Shown here piece after piece: positions 47,137 through 56,209 of a DNA stretch of 64,000 bases. The notes below the pieces were generated by a model. That model saw only the letters and a list, made by a program, of their open reading frames with translations. It ran no database searches and was not told where the DNA came from. The position numbers were made by a program, and so were the translations under genes. Each line of letters opens with the position of its first letter. Within the stretch, counting starts at the first letter, position 1. The stretch is from Methanothrix sp. (GTDB taxonomy: Archaea; Halobacteriota; Methanosarcinia; Methanotrichales; Methanotrichaceae): contig JAXGJB010000006.1 of the NCBI GenBank assembly GCA_040770465.1, positions 1-64,000 on the forward strand, written 5' to 3'.

Positions 47137-47772
47137 ATGATCGACCTTCACACTCACACAGTCTTCAGCGACGGCGAGCTGATCCCAAGCGAGCTGGTCC
47201 GCAGGGCAGAGACGATTGGGTGCCGGGCCCTGGGGATCGCAGATCACGTCGACTTCACCAACGTCGAGTTCGTCATCGATCACGTATCGAAGGTGAAGGA
47301 GCTGGAGGAGGTCCTGGATATGAGGATCCTAGCCGGCGTCGAGCTGACCCACGTCCCCCCGGCGAAGATGGAGAAGCTGGCGACTCTTGCCCGGAGGCTC
47401 GGAGCGGACCTGATCGTGGTCCACGGCGAGACCCCCGTCGAGCCGGTGGCTGCCGGCACCAACCGGAAGGGCCTGGAGATCGGAGCCGATATCCTGGCCC
47501 ACCCCGGCTTCCTGACCCCCGAGGAGGCGGATCTGGCCAGGGATAACGGCGTCTGCCTGGAGCTGACCGCCCGGCGCGGCCACAACATCACCAACGGCCA
47601 CGTGGCGAGGCTGGCCCTTGAGGCGGGAGCAAAGCTGGTCGTCGACACCGACGCCCACGCCCCCGAGGACCTCATCGATCGCGAGAGGGCGATCGAGATC
47701 GCCAGGGGCGCGGGGCTGACCCTCGATCAGGCGACGGCTGTGGTCGAAAAGCACGCCATAATCGACATCTGA
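47137..47772 (+). CDS. PHP-domain protein (histidinol-phosphatase-like)
   Basis: DLHTHTVFSDG, IADH, GVELTH, VHGET, LAHPG, DTDAH. Confidence 0.9.
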   Translation: MIDLHTHTVFSDGELIPSELVRRAETIGCRALGIADHVDFTNVEFVIDHVSKVKELEEVLDMRILAGVELTHVPPAKMEKLATLARRLGADLIVVHGETPVEPVAAGTNRKGLEIGADILAHPGFLTPEEADLARDNGVCLELTARRGHNITNGHVARLALEAGAKLVVDTDAHAPEDLIDRERAIEIARGAGLTLDQATAVVEKHAIIDI

Positions 47773-47802
47773 AGACGATCGATCCGGCGAAGAGATGATA
47801 AC

Positions 47803-48198
47803 TTGGACGTGGTGGCGGTCGACATCTCGGGAAGGCACGCGGTGGGCGGAAGGTACATCATGGTCTCAGCCTCGGTGGCGGCGAGGATAACCCCGGAGGG
47901 GATCGAGAAGACGAGGAGGATGAGGCTCGTCCCCCTGGTGGCTGAGTCGGTGGATATGGAGGTTGTGATCGGCCTCATCGAGGAGTCGGTCCGGGGGCTA
48001 TCCGGCGTCGTTCTGGCCGAGAAGGGGGACCTCTACAACCTGGAAAGGTGGCGGGCCGAGAGCATCCTGGGCCGGGAGTTCAAGTACCCCGAGTCCCGGG
48101 GGGAGAGGAGGGCGATGGAGCTCGCCCACCACGCCTCTTTTGCCGGCCGGAGGCTGTTTTTGAGGCTCTTGGGGGAGGGGCTTGGCGAGGAGGCGTGA
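47803..48198 (+). CDS. DUF2209-like conserved archaeal protein
   Basis: VAVDISGRH ... ELAHH. Confidence 0.75.
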   Translation: MDVVAVDISGRHAVGGRYIMVSASVAARITPEGIEKTRRMRLVPLVAESVDMEVVIGLIEESVRGLSGVVLAEKGDLYNLERWRAESILGREFKYPESRGERRAMELAHHASFAGRRLFLRLLGEGLGEEA

Positions 48199-49601
48199 AA
48201 GATGACGGCAGGGGGAGGATGAAGGGGGAGAAGACTGCGGTCCTCCTCTTCCGGGAGGACCCAAAGGAAGAGCCCCACCCGGAGAAGATGGAGGAGCTCC
48301 GGGGGCTCGCCGAGGCCGCAGGCTATCGGGTCCTCGCCGAGATCTCTCAGCGGAGGGGTAGAGACCGGAGGTTTCAGCTCGGTCGGGGCAAGATCGTCGA
48401 GGCCGCATCTCTCTTGCCCGAGAAGCTGATCTTCAACGAACCCCTCAGCCCCGGCCAGATCTTCAACATCGGAAAGGAGTTTGAAGTTGTTGCCATGGAC
48501 AGGTTCAACCTGATCCTGGAGATCTTCGCGTCCCGGGCCTCAACGAGGGAGGCGAAGCTCCAGGTGGAGCTCGCTCGCCTCTCCTACGAGGCGCCCTTCG
48601 TCCGGACGATCGAGTCTCTAAACAAGCTGAGCGAGCGGCCCGGCTACCGGGGATCGGGAAGCTACGACGTCTCGATGTACCGGGACATCAAGGGGAGGAT
48701 GGCGAAGATCAGGGCCGAGCTTAAGGCGGTGGAGGAGACTGGCGAAAGGAGGCGGGAGAGGAGGCGGGAGCTCGGCTTCGACCTCGTCGCCCTAGCCGGC
48801 TACACCAACGCCGGGAAGAGCACCCTCTTCAATCGCCTCGCCGAGGAGACGGTCGCAGCGAAAGATCAGCCTTTCACAACCCTCTCGCCCACGACCCGGG
48901 CGGTGGCCGCGGGCGATCGACGATTCCTCCTCACCGACACGGTGGGGTTCATCGACGATCTCCCCCTCTTTCTGATCAAGGCCTTCCGGTCGACCCTGGC
49001 GGAGATCGTCGAGGCGGATCTCGTCCTTCTGGTGGTGGATCTATCCGATCCGCCGGAGCTATTGAGGGAGAGGGTCGCGTCCTGCCACGAGGCTCTCTGG
49101 GACTGTGGCTGCTACGCCCCCATCGTCTCGGTCCTGAACAAGGTGGACCGGATCGGGCCCGAGGCGGCAAAGGAGAGATGCGAGCTCCTGAAAGACCTCG
49201 CCCCCAGCCCCGTTTTCATCTCCGCCATGGAGGGGCTGGGACTGGACCAGCTCATCGACGCCATCCTGGAGAAGCTTCCGCCCCTCGAAGAGTTTCTCGT
49301 CCGCCTCCCCTCGTCGGAGGCGGGAATGGCGCAGCTCTCGCGGCTCTACGATGTGGCAGAGCCGGAGGAGGTGAAGTACGGCGAAGAGATCGAGGTTCTC
49401 CTGAGGGGGAGGCGGGAGATCGTGGCTCGGGCCCTGAAGGGCGCCGAGAGGGCGAGGCCCCAGCCGGAGCCCGGACCGGAAACGGAGCCTGAGCCCAAAC
49501 CGGAACCTGAGCCCGTTCCCGAATCTGAGCCCGAGCCGGAACCTGAAACTGAGCCGGAACCTGATCCGGGGCCGGAGCCATCGCCTCTGGCGGAGGGGTG
49601 A
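48195..49601 (+). CDS. hflX: GTPase HflX with Pro-Glu repeat tail
   Basis: EAKLQVELA, GYTNAGKS, FTTL, DTVGFI, NKVD; likely GTG start at 48195. Confidence 0.93.
   Translation: MKDDGRGRMKGEKTAVLLFREDPKEEPHPEKMEELRGLAEAAGYRVLAEISQRRGRDRRFQLGRGKIVEAASLLPEKLIFNEPLSPGQIFNIGKEFEVVAMDRFNLILEIFASRASTREAKLQVELARLSYEAPFVRTIESLNKLSERPGYRGSGSYDVSMYRDIKGRMAKIRAELKAVEETGERRRERRRELGFDLVALAGYTNAGKSTLFNRLAEETVAAKDQPFTTLSPTTRAVAAGDRRFLLTDTVGFIDDLPLFLIKAFRSTLAEIVEADLVLLVVDLSDPPELLRERVASCHEALWDCGCYAPIVSVLNKVDRIGPEAAKERCELLKDLAPSPVFISAMEGLGLDQLIDAILEKLPPLEEFLVRLPSSEAGMAQLSRLYDVAEPEEVKYGEEIEVLLRGRREIVARALKGAERARPQPEPGPETEPEPKPEPEPVPESEPEPEPETEPEPDPGPEPSPLAEG
49458..49580 (+). repeat. Low-complexity (PE)n coding repeat
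   Basis: PQPEPGPETEPEPKPEPEPVPESEPEPEPETEPEPDPGPEP. Confidence 0.8.
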
Positions 49602-49604
49602 CCG

Positions 49605-50324
49605 GTGGATCTCATCAGGGAGAGGTTCAGGCTGAAGGAGACGATCGTCACCATCACGGCTCAGGATGAGGGTCACGTCGATGCGGCCAAAGAGGAGATC
49701 GCGAAACGAAGGGCTCATCTGGAGGAGTTCATCAGAGCCGACCCGTTCTTCCTCGTCACCCTGGAGCCCTACGACCGCCCCATCGACGCTGCCCCCCTGA
49801 TCGTCAGGGAGATGGTGAGGGCTGGCGCAGCCGTTGGGATCGGCCCCATGAGCAGCGTCGCCGGCACCATCGCGAGGTTCGCCCTGGGGGCGATGATCGA
49901 GGCCGGGGCGACCCACGCCATCGTCGACAACGGCGGGGACGTCGCCCTCGTCTCCGACCGGCCCGTTTTGATGGGGATCTACGCCGGCACCTCGCCCCTG
50001 AAAAACCTCGCCCTCTCGATCCCGCCCCGAGCGAAGCCGCTGGGCATCTGCACCAGCAGCGGGACCGTCGGCCCCTCCATCAGCTTCGGGTTCGCCGACG
50101 CCGCCGTCGTCGTCTCCGATGACGTCTCTCTCGCGGACGCCGCGGCGACGGCCCTCGGGAACGCCGTCGGATTGGCATCACCACTGGCCGACTCCTTCGG
50201 GGCGGTGGCGGTCACGGGGGTCGCTGGAGCCCTTGTCATCAGAGGGGAGGAGATGGCGCTCTGGGGGGAGCTTCCCCCGATCCGGAGGGCGAGCCTCCGG
50301 CCCGAGCTGATCACCAGGGCTTAA
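49605..50324 (+). CDS. UPF0280 family (ApbE-like) protein
   Basis: GPMSSVAG, VDNGGD, GICTSSGTVGPSISFG, ADAAATALGN. Confidence 0.9.
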   Translation: MDLIRERFRLKETIVTITAQDEGHVDAAKEEIAKRRAHLEEFIRADPFFLVTLEPYDRPIDAAPLIVREMVRAGAAVGIGPMSSVAGTIARFALGAMIEAGATHAIVDNGGDVALVSDRPVLMGIYAGTSPLKNLALSIPPRAKPLGICTSSGTVGPSISFGFADAAVVVSDDVSLADAAATALGNAVGLASPLADSFGAVAVTGVAGALVIRGEEMALWGELPPIRRASLRPELITRA

Positions 50325-50851
50325 GTCTTAAAAGAAATATTGACTGTCTCCACCGGGCCGGGTGACGGGACCTCCAATCCCGAAATGAACGGGAGGGGAT
50401 GGCTGGAGGCGAGGGTGCAGATCGTACGTTCTCGGACTTCTTCGAATTCATCCAGAATATAGTACACTTCGACTCCAGACTTCCTGGCACTATCAACCTG
50501 ATGTTTGTCGTTTGAGACGAGAAAAGCTTCTTCAAGCTTTGCAGCAGCTACGTAAAAAGAATCGATCGCCCGTGATCCGGTCAGAACGGCGACACCATAG
50601 GCCATATCAAAAAGTTCTGACGCGTCGATGAAGTTCATGCCTGAGAAGATCTCCTCAGCCAGAGCGGTCGCCTCTTCCTTCTTTAGCCTTCTGACGAGCT
50701 GGCCGATCATCTCAATCTTGAATGCGTCAGGCTCGAAGATCGGAACGCCATTTTCCTCGATCAAGTTGAAGAGGCCGTCGGCGATGGCGGTCCTATCGCA
50801 GCGATAATCGAAGATCAGATCCAGGAATACGGATGCATCGACGACGATCAT
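50321..50851 (-). CDS. vapC: PIN-domain toxin (VapC family)
   Basis: MIVVDASV ... RAIDSFYVAAA ... LVSND. Confidence 0.88.
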   Translation of the reverse strand: MIVVDASVFLDLIFDYRCDRTAIADGLFNLIEENGVPIFEPDAFKIEMIGQLVRRLKKEEATALAEEIFSGMNFIDASELFDMAYGVAVLTGSRAIDSFYVAAAKLEEAFLVSNDKHQVDSARKSGVEVYYILDEFEEVRERTICTLASSHPLPFISGLEVPSPGPVETVNISFKT

Positions 50852-51057
50852 CGTCTCTCCTCGACGAACTCTTTGAGAAGGTCCTCGTCGACCTTCCTCC
50901 TGTGCCTCCTTGCAGCCTCCAGGATCCCTCCCGGCTTTATCACCACGATGGCCTCGGTCCCCTCCTTCAGCTTCACATCTGAGAGCGGCCTGAAGACTCC
51001 CCTCTCATAGACGACCTCGATCTTCTTATCGGCCTTTGCGGTGTAAACTGCGCCCAT
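50848..51057 (-). CDS. Antitoxin, DUF104/AF2212 family
   Basis: IEVVYERGVFRPL...LKEG; ATGA overlap with vapC. Confidence 0.85.
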   Translation of the reverse strand: MGAVYTAKADKKIEVVYERGVFRPLSDVKLKEGTEAIVVIKPGGILEAARRHRRKVDEDLLKEFVEERR

Positions 51058-51287
51058 CTTTTCGACCCCCAGGATATATGGGAAGTTGGAGGGATATATA
51101 GCCCTCTCTAACTCACCTCGGATGGGCGTCGATCTCGGGATGATCTTGGATGATCTCTTCGTATGGCCCTCTGCGCTCAGAGGATCTGCCAGCTGCGCGG
51201 TATCCGGAGCGCTTGCCCCCCTCAGGGGGATGATTCCTTCCCCGTCGCCAGAATCCTTTTAACATATTAAACCATAATCGACGCAAT

Positions 51288-51617
51288 ATGGCTGCAACAA
51301 AATCGAAGGGGCATGTTATGGGCTCGAAGATACCACCCACCGAGTTTGAGCAGATCCAACGATTGGTGGACGCTGGGTTTTATCTAAATACATCCGATTT
51401 TGTGAGAGATGCAATAAGAGATAAGCTAGCATCCATCAAGGTGATCAAATATCGCGACGTGGATTACAAGACCGCTAAGAAAGAGGTTGCAGGATACTTC
51501 CAGTCCAGGGGTGAAGCCTATCCCTCCGACGCCAGCGAAGATCTGGAGCTGGACTATGACCTAGTATGTGAGATCACCGAAGAGCTCCGAAGAGAGGGGC
51601 GGCTGGAGGTCGTCTGA
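51288..51617 (+). CDS. Ribbon-helix-helix (CopG/ParD-like) protein with C-terminal HTH
   Basis: LVDAGFYLNTSDFVRDAIRDKL. Confidence 0.8.
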   Translation: MAATKSKGHVMGSKIPPTEFEQIQRLVDAGFYLNTSDFVRDAIRDKLASIKVIKYRDVDYKTAKKEVAGYFQSRGEAYPSDASEDLELDYDLVCEITEELRREGRLEVV

Positions 51618-51790
51618 TGGAAGGATATGAGGTGGGAGACACCATCAGAGGGTCGAGGATATATGCTGAGGCGAGGAAGATCAGCGATCCGGTTGTCATA
51701 GTAAAAACAGGGCGGCACAAGGCCCAGCGAGTCATCTTATCAGAGAACGCCGTGGCGAGGGTCGAGAAGAAGCTGAGGTGGATAGCGTGA
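51617..51790 (+). pseudogene. 57-aa ORF coupled to the RHH gene, possible internally deleted toxin
   Basis: TGATG overlap; MEGYEVGD...VIVKTGR...VEKKL weakly recalls the ends of PemK/MazF proteins. Confidence 0.35.
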
Positions 51791-51820
51791 CCAAAGTCCA
51801 GAAGGCGGAGGGGCTCCGAC

Positions 51821-53032
51821 TCACTGATCGCCGCCTGGAAGTAGATCCTCAAGAAATCTCCGACCGGCCTCTTCGAGATCGCCATCCAACGAGAATTCCA
51901 AGCTCCGAACCCTTATTTTTCCGATCATCTCATCCAAGTTTATGGGTTTTGGATAGATCAGTATCGCCTCATGGCATCCCTTAGCGGTTGCATAGGTTAC
52001 CACCTGGCTGATGTCGTCGTTTCCCGGATGGTCCGGCGCTTTGTATTTGGTGTCGAGGACGAAGAGCGCCTTCGGTGTGTCTCTTTCGTAGACCACAAGA
52101 TCGATGTTGAATTTGATCCTTCCATCCTGACCGATGACGACTTTCTCTTGAGATTTTACAACAAAATCCGGCAGCTTTTGAGCCTTCAGCTTCAGCCATT
52201 CTGCTACAAAGAGCTCGTAAAGCTTTGCCATATCCACCAGGAAGGGGATCATCGTCCTATCTCCGACCTTATGAGACGGTCCGCTCTGCTCCAAAAAGAA
52301 GCGGCATAGGGCGTGCATCGGCTGATAGTCCTGGTTCAGGCGGTTGTAAAGCCGACCTGCACAATCCTGGGGGTCGCATGGAATAGGAGTTGCCAAGCCC
52401 CGAAGAGACTGATAGGCCCTTCGAACCTGGGGCAAGGATCGCTCGGTGCAGATCCCACTTTGGAGAATTCGCCGCAGCGTCCAGGCTAGGATCTGATTAT
52501 CCTCGACGTCGGAGGTGTGCTCCTCGTAGCGACATTCCGGCAAAACGTCCCAGGGTTTCAGGCAGCTCTTCCGGACGTCGAAGCGACCGCGGACATAGGG
52601 GATTCGATCTTTCTGGGGTTGATAAGATCGAAAGAAGCCCTTGCGCCCCCGGTCGAGGACCCTGAGGGCGAAGAGCTTGGCCAGGGTCTCGTAAAATTCC
52701 TCCAATGAGTCGCATTCGGTTAAGCCCTCAGGAAACTTGAGGCTATTGCTCTTTAGCTGGTAGGCGTACTCCAGCATCCCAAACAAGTTCCTTATCTCCA
52801 CTTTTGGCAGGAGGGCGATCTGAAACTCTGGGGTCAGGGGTATGTGACCCGCCCAGCCGTTTGCAGTCAGAGACCACTGGTTGCCGTTCTTGAAGGATGG
52901 CTCATCTATCGAGATCTGGCTCCCATAGCTCTGCCATATCTTCATGCCAAGCTCTTCGGAGATCTCGGATCTGGGAAACCTTCGAGTCTCGTACTCCACA
53001 AGCTCGATCCGCTGAATTTCCCTGGAGTTCAT
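51821..53032 (-). CDS. mcrC: McrC family restriction nuclease subunit
   Basis: LFGMLEYAY, VDMAKLYELFV, IDLVV...LDTKYK (PD-D/ExK), DISQVVTY. Confidence 0.92.
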   Translation of the reverse strand: MNSREIQRIELVEYETRRFPRSEISEELGMKIWQSYGSQISIDEPSFKNGNQWSLTANGWAGHIPLTPEFQIALLPKVEIRNLFGMLEYAYQLKSNSLKFPEGLTECDSLEEFYETLAKLFALRVLDRGRKGFFRSYQPQKDRIPYVRGRFDVRKSCLKPWDVLPECRYEEHTSDVEDNQILAWTLRRILQSGICTERSLPQVRRAYQSLRGLATPIPCDPQDCAGRLYNRLNQDYQPMHALCRFFLEQSGPSHKVGDRTMIPFLVDMAKLYELFVAEWLKLKAQKLPDFVVKSQEKVVIGQDGRIKFNIDLVVYERDTPKALFVLDTKYKAPDHPGNDDISQVVTYATAKGCHEAILIYPKPINLDEMIGKIRVRSLEFSLDGDLEEAGRRFLEDLLPGGDQ

Positions 53033-55644
53033 GGCATGATCTCTCTTTTGACCTCATCCCAACGGAAGTCATCGACCTTCTCAGGCCGGTCGAAGAAGTA
53101 CTCGTCCAGGTAGGGCTCGATCTCCATCTTCCAGACGTCCTCTATCTCCTCGGCGAGGTCTTCCCGGAGGAAGAAGGATATCCCTACCTCGAAGTGGCTG
53201 TCGTTTATCTGGGTGTTCAGTCGGCGCAAAACCCCGATCAGCCCCTCGACGGCAAAGCCAGTATCGCGATTTTGGTGATACGAGCGAAGAACATCGTGAT
53301 TCGGCTGGAGCCGCAGGAAGGCGAAGCGCCGCCTGAGGGCGTGATCCACCAGGGCGATGGAGCGGTCTGCGGTGTTCATCGTCCCGATGATGAGGACGTT
53401 ATCGGGTATCCGGAGATACCCGCCACCAGCCAGGGGGATCGAACGATCGCGATATTCGAGGAGGTACATCAGTTCCCCGAAGACCTGGGATAGGTTCGCC
53501 CGGTTGATCTCGTCGATGATCAGAACGCAGGTTCCGCTGCGAGAGTCTGCCCGCTCGCAGAATTCGAGGAATCGTCCCGGAACGAGGGGGTACCTCAGCC
53601 CGCCGTCGTCGTCCGATTGCGGCCTTATCCCCTGGATGAAGTCCTCGTAGGCGTAGGCGGGATGGAACTGGACCAGGTCGGCGAAGCCATCTCCACCGCC
53701 GATCAGGTGTTTTGCCAGATGTTCGGCGACGTACGTCTTCCCGGTCCCCGGCGGGCCGTATAGGACGGCCTGGCCCTTCCGCTTGATGGCGCGAACCCAG
53801 CGCTCTAAGGTTTCGAGATCGAAGCCGGTATCTTCGGCGCAATCGGACAGTGGATACTCTCCGTTTTCTTGGAACTCAGGGGACATTGCCGATCCTAAGA
53901 AATCGGGCCAATCGGTATCAGGCTGTGATCGTCGGATAATATCAAGCCCCTCAGAATTTAGCCGAAATAAATATCCCTGTTTTACGCCACCGTTGTTGTT
54001 TAGAGGGCCTTGATTTATATCGAGTTTCGAAAGCGATTGTGAGAATTTGTCCAATGCGATGGGAGGCTTTAGCTCATGATAATCGACTCGAACAAGATTA
54101 CCTTCTTGGGACCAATTTCTTCCGTTCATGGCGTGCGGATCTTTGGTCTTTTTTGCAGGCTCAATAACTCGGCTTACATAACGTAAGTAGCCGTTGGCGT
54201 AATGAATGATAGTATCATCATTGCCTACATCTGACAAGTTGTCCCAGTGATAAATAGAACGTCCCGTTTTGGACTTTATCGGCGCCCAGATATAGCCGCC
54301 ATTTAATTCTACATCGAGCGTTGATCCCTGGTTGACCCACCAAATGTTCTTTGCCACAATTCCGGCGCCAAATGAGCCCGCAAGCAGTTCTTCACGTCTT
54401 TTCGTATCAAATGCTGCGTGTGCAAATCGTTCTTGATATTTATTCCGCCAAGGCGATCTTTTCCAATCTTTGAACTTGTTTGCAATATGATTTAGAGCCT
54501 CTTCGTAGGCGTTAAAGATCTCGTCTCCAGAGGACATGGCCATTTCAATCGGTATCTTGTAGTTTCTTATGTCGGGGTCATCCTCATCTTGAGCAAAAAC
54601 GAATGATACAAAACTTTCGTCCAAAATATTTTGATTTGATGAAAGTGTTATAGTAACGCTATCTGAAGCGTGATCTTTTGAGCCATCGAATCCCAATACC
54701 AACCAAGGGCCAAAACTCAGATGGAGAGTTCTCCCACCGGATCTTATCGGTATTGTGATCGAAAAACGCTCATCATCGAGACTATTGACGCCTAGACGCT
54801 CAAGGGTCATCTTCAGCAAATCAAAAGCCCATCCGGCCTCCAGCTTGTTCCTGAAGATCTTTTCACATATTTTAGCAAATGGTTCAGAGAGCTCTTTTGG
54901 GTCTAGGTCCAGGAAGTTTTGGATATCATCGGAAGCTTCCCTTTTGAGATCATATCTCTTGATTGCCACCAACCAGTGAGTGAACATATCGAAGAGATCA
55001 TCTGATCTAATTCCTGAAATCCCAAAATCGCCAATGTCGTCTGAGATGTCGTTTACCAGTGAACGTGCCATCTCATTGATTGAGGGGTAATCTGCCAAAC
55101 TTGACGAATAGGACGTGCCGGAGAAGTAGTTGACAGCTCGCCTCGATTTGTTGTTTATCAAGATGAAATCATCCGGCCTGAGTGCATGGAGGATCGGCGT
55201 CAAGGTACCGGCTTGAAAACCTTTGGAGTAAGGTGAATCTGAAAACTCGTCACATGCGATCTTTAACTCTTCTGGATGATCATTGCAACGGCGAACAAAA
55301 CGCAAAATCGAGTTCGCTACTTTGGGCCAATCTTCCGGTTTTGTCCATCCTGCAGCTTCGAACCTCTTCTTCACATCGACTTTAAAAACCGAAGCGATGG
55401 AGATCCAATAATTCATTTCTCGATTGGCTTTGGTATCTTCATAGGGAAGCAACTTTATCAAGACTTTTTCGGTTACATCCTCGCCTCGCCCTTCAGCCTG
55501 GAGGATAGCCTCAAAATTCTTCTTGCCCTCTTCCCTCTCTTCTTCGTAATGCCCAAGATGAGACTGACCTTTAGACGTGAGAGGATAGCTATGTGCAAAT
55601 TCACGAAAAAGCTCGATAAACTCGGCCCTCTTCTCCGCCAGCAA
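53029..55644 (-). CDS. mcrB: McrB family AAA+ GTPase with multi-domain N-terminus including an EVE-like domain
   Basis: GPPGTGKT, VQFHPAYAYEDF, IIDEINRAN, GTMNTADRS, LRRRF; upstream IWWVNQG...GGYIWAP. Confidence 0.92.
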   Translation of the reverse strand: MLAEKRAEFIELFREFAHSYPLTSKGQSHLGHYEEEREEGKKNFEAILQAEGRGEDVTEKVLIKLLPYEDTKANREMNYWISIASVFKVDVKKRFEAAGWTKPEDWPKVANSILRFVRRCNDHPEELKIACDEFSDSPYSKGFQAGTLTPILHALRPDDFILINNKSRRAVNYFSGTSYSSSLADYPSINEMARSLVNDISDDIGDFGISGIRSDDLFDMFTHWLVAIKRYDLKREASDDIQNFLDLDPKELSEPFAKICEKIFRNKLEAGWAFDLLKMTLERLGVNSLDDERFSITIPIRSGGRTLHLSFGPWLVLGFDGSKDHASDSVTITLSSNQNILDESFVSFVFAQDEDDPDIRNYKIPIEMAMSSGDEIFNAYEEALNHIANKFKDWKRSPWRNKYQERFAHAAFDTKRREELLAGSFGAGIVAKNIWWVNQGSTLDVELNGGYIWAPIKSKTGRSIYHWDNLSDVGNDDTIIHYANGYLRYVSRVIEPAKKTKDPHAMNGRNWSQEGNLVRVDYHELKPPIALDKFSQSLSKLDINQGPLNNNGGVKQGYLFRLNSEGLDIIRRSQPDTDWPDFLGSAMSPEFQENGEYPLSDCAEDTGFDLETLERWVRAIKRKGQAVLYGPPGTGKTYVAEHLAKHLIGGGDGFADLVQFHPAYAYEDFIQGIRPQSDDDGGLRYPLVPGRFLEFCERADSRSGTCVLIIDEINRANLSQVFGELMYLLEYRDRSIPLAGGGYLRIPDNVLIIGTMNTADRSIALVDHALRRRFAFLRLQPNHDVLRSYHQNRDTGFAVEGLIGVLRRLNTQINDSHFEVGISFFLREDLAEEIEDVWKMEIEPYLDEYFFDRPEKVDDFRWDEVKREIMP

Positions 55645-55841
55645 GCCAAATCTCCTCCATGTTTATATCCGAAATCAAGCCCATAACCTCGAAGCCCGAC
55701 TTGCGGGACACGATGCTGGCATCAGCGAAAAATGTTTTGCTGAATCAAGATGTCATTTGACCTGTTTTTTTACCGCTGGCTCACTCAAGTGGATGAATCA
55801 GATCACAACCTATAAGCCCTTAGAGCCCTTACGGCGCTTAC

Positions 55842-56033
55842 GTGGGCGAAGTGGAAGATAAAATGATCCCAGTGACCCGCGAAGTTTGGGAAGGCCTATC
55901 GGACCTCAAAAGGCCGAAAGAGACGTTCACGACCCTCCTCGCAGAGATGATCGAGCACGAGAAGACCCGGCGGCTCTTCCTCGATATGGACGAAATCGAG
56001 AAGGAGGGCAACTTCGTGGAGCTGCACATTTAA
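55842..56033 (+). CDS. Small antitoxin-like DNA-binding protein
   Basis: IPVTREVWEGLSDLKRPKETFTTLLAEMI pattern; no toxin gene follows. Confidence 0.65.
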   Translation: MGEVEDKMIPVTREVWEGLSDLKRPKETFTTLLAEMIEHEKTRRLFLDMDEIEKEGNFVELHI

Positions 56034-56209
56034 CCTTCTCCTTGACTCCTACCTTCTCCGAGATTATATTTGAATTAATTTATATCCAACGGAGGCATCT
56101 CCGTCGATCCCCCTCTCCTGCTGGTAGGTATTTAAATCATTGAAAGCCAATAAAGACCGGAGGTCATTTCGCAGAAGAATAGTGATCGCCCTTCCCGGAG
56201 GTTGAGCTT

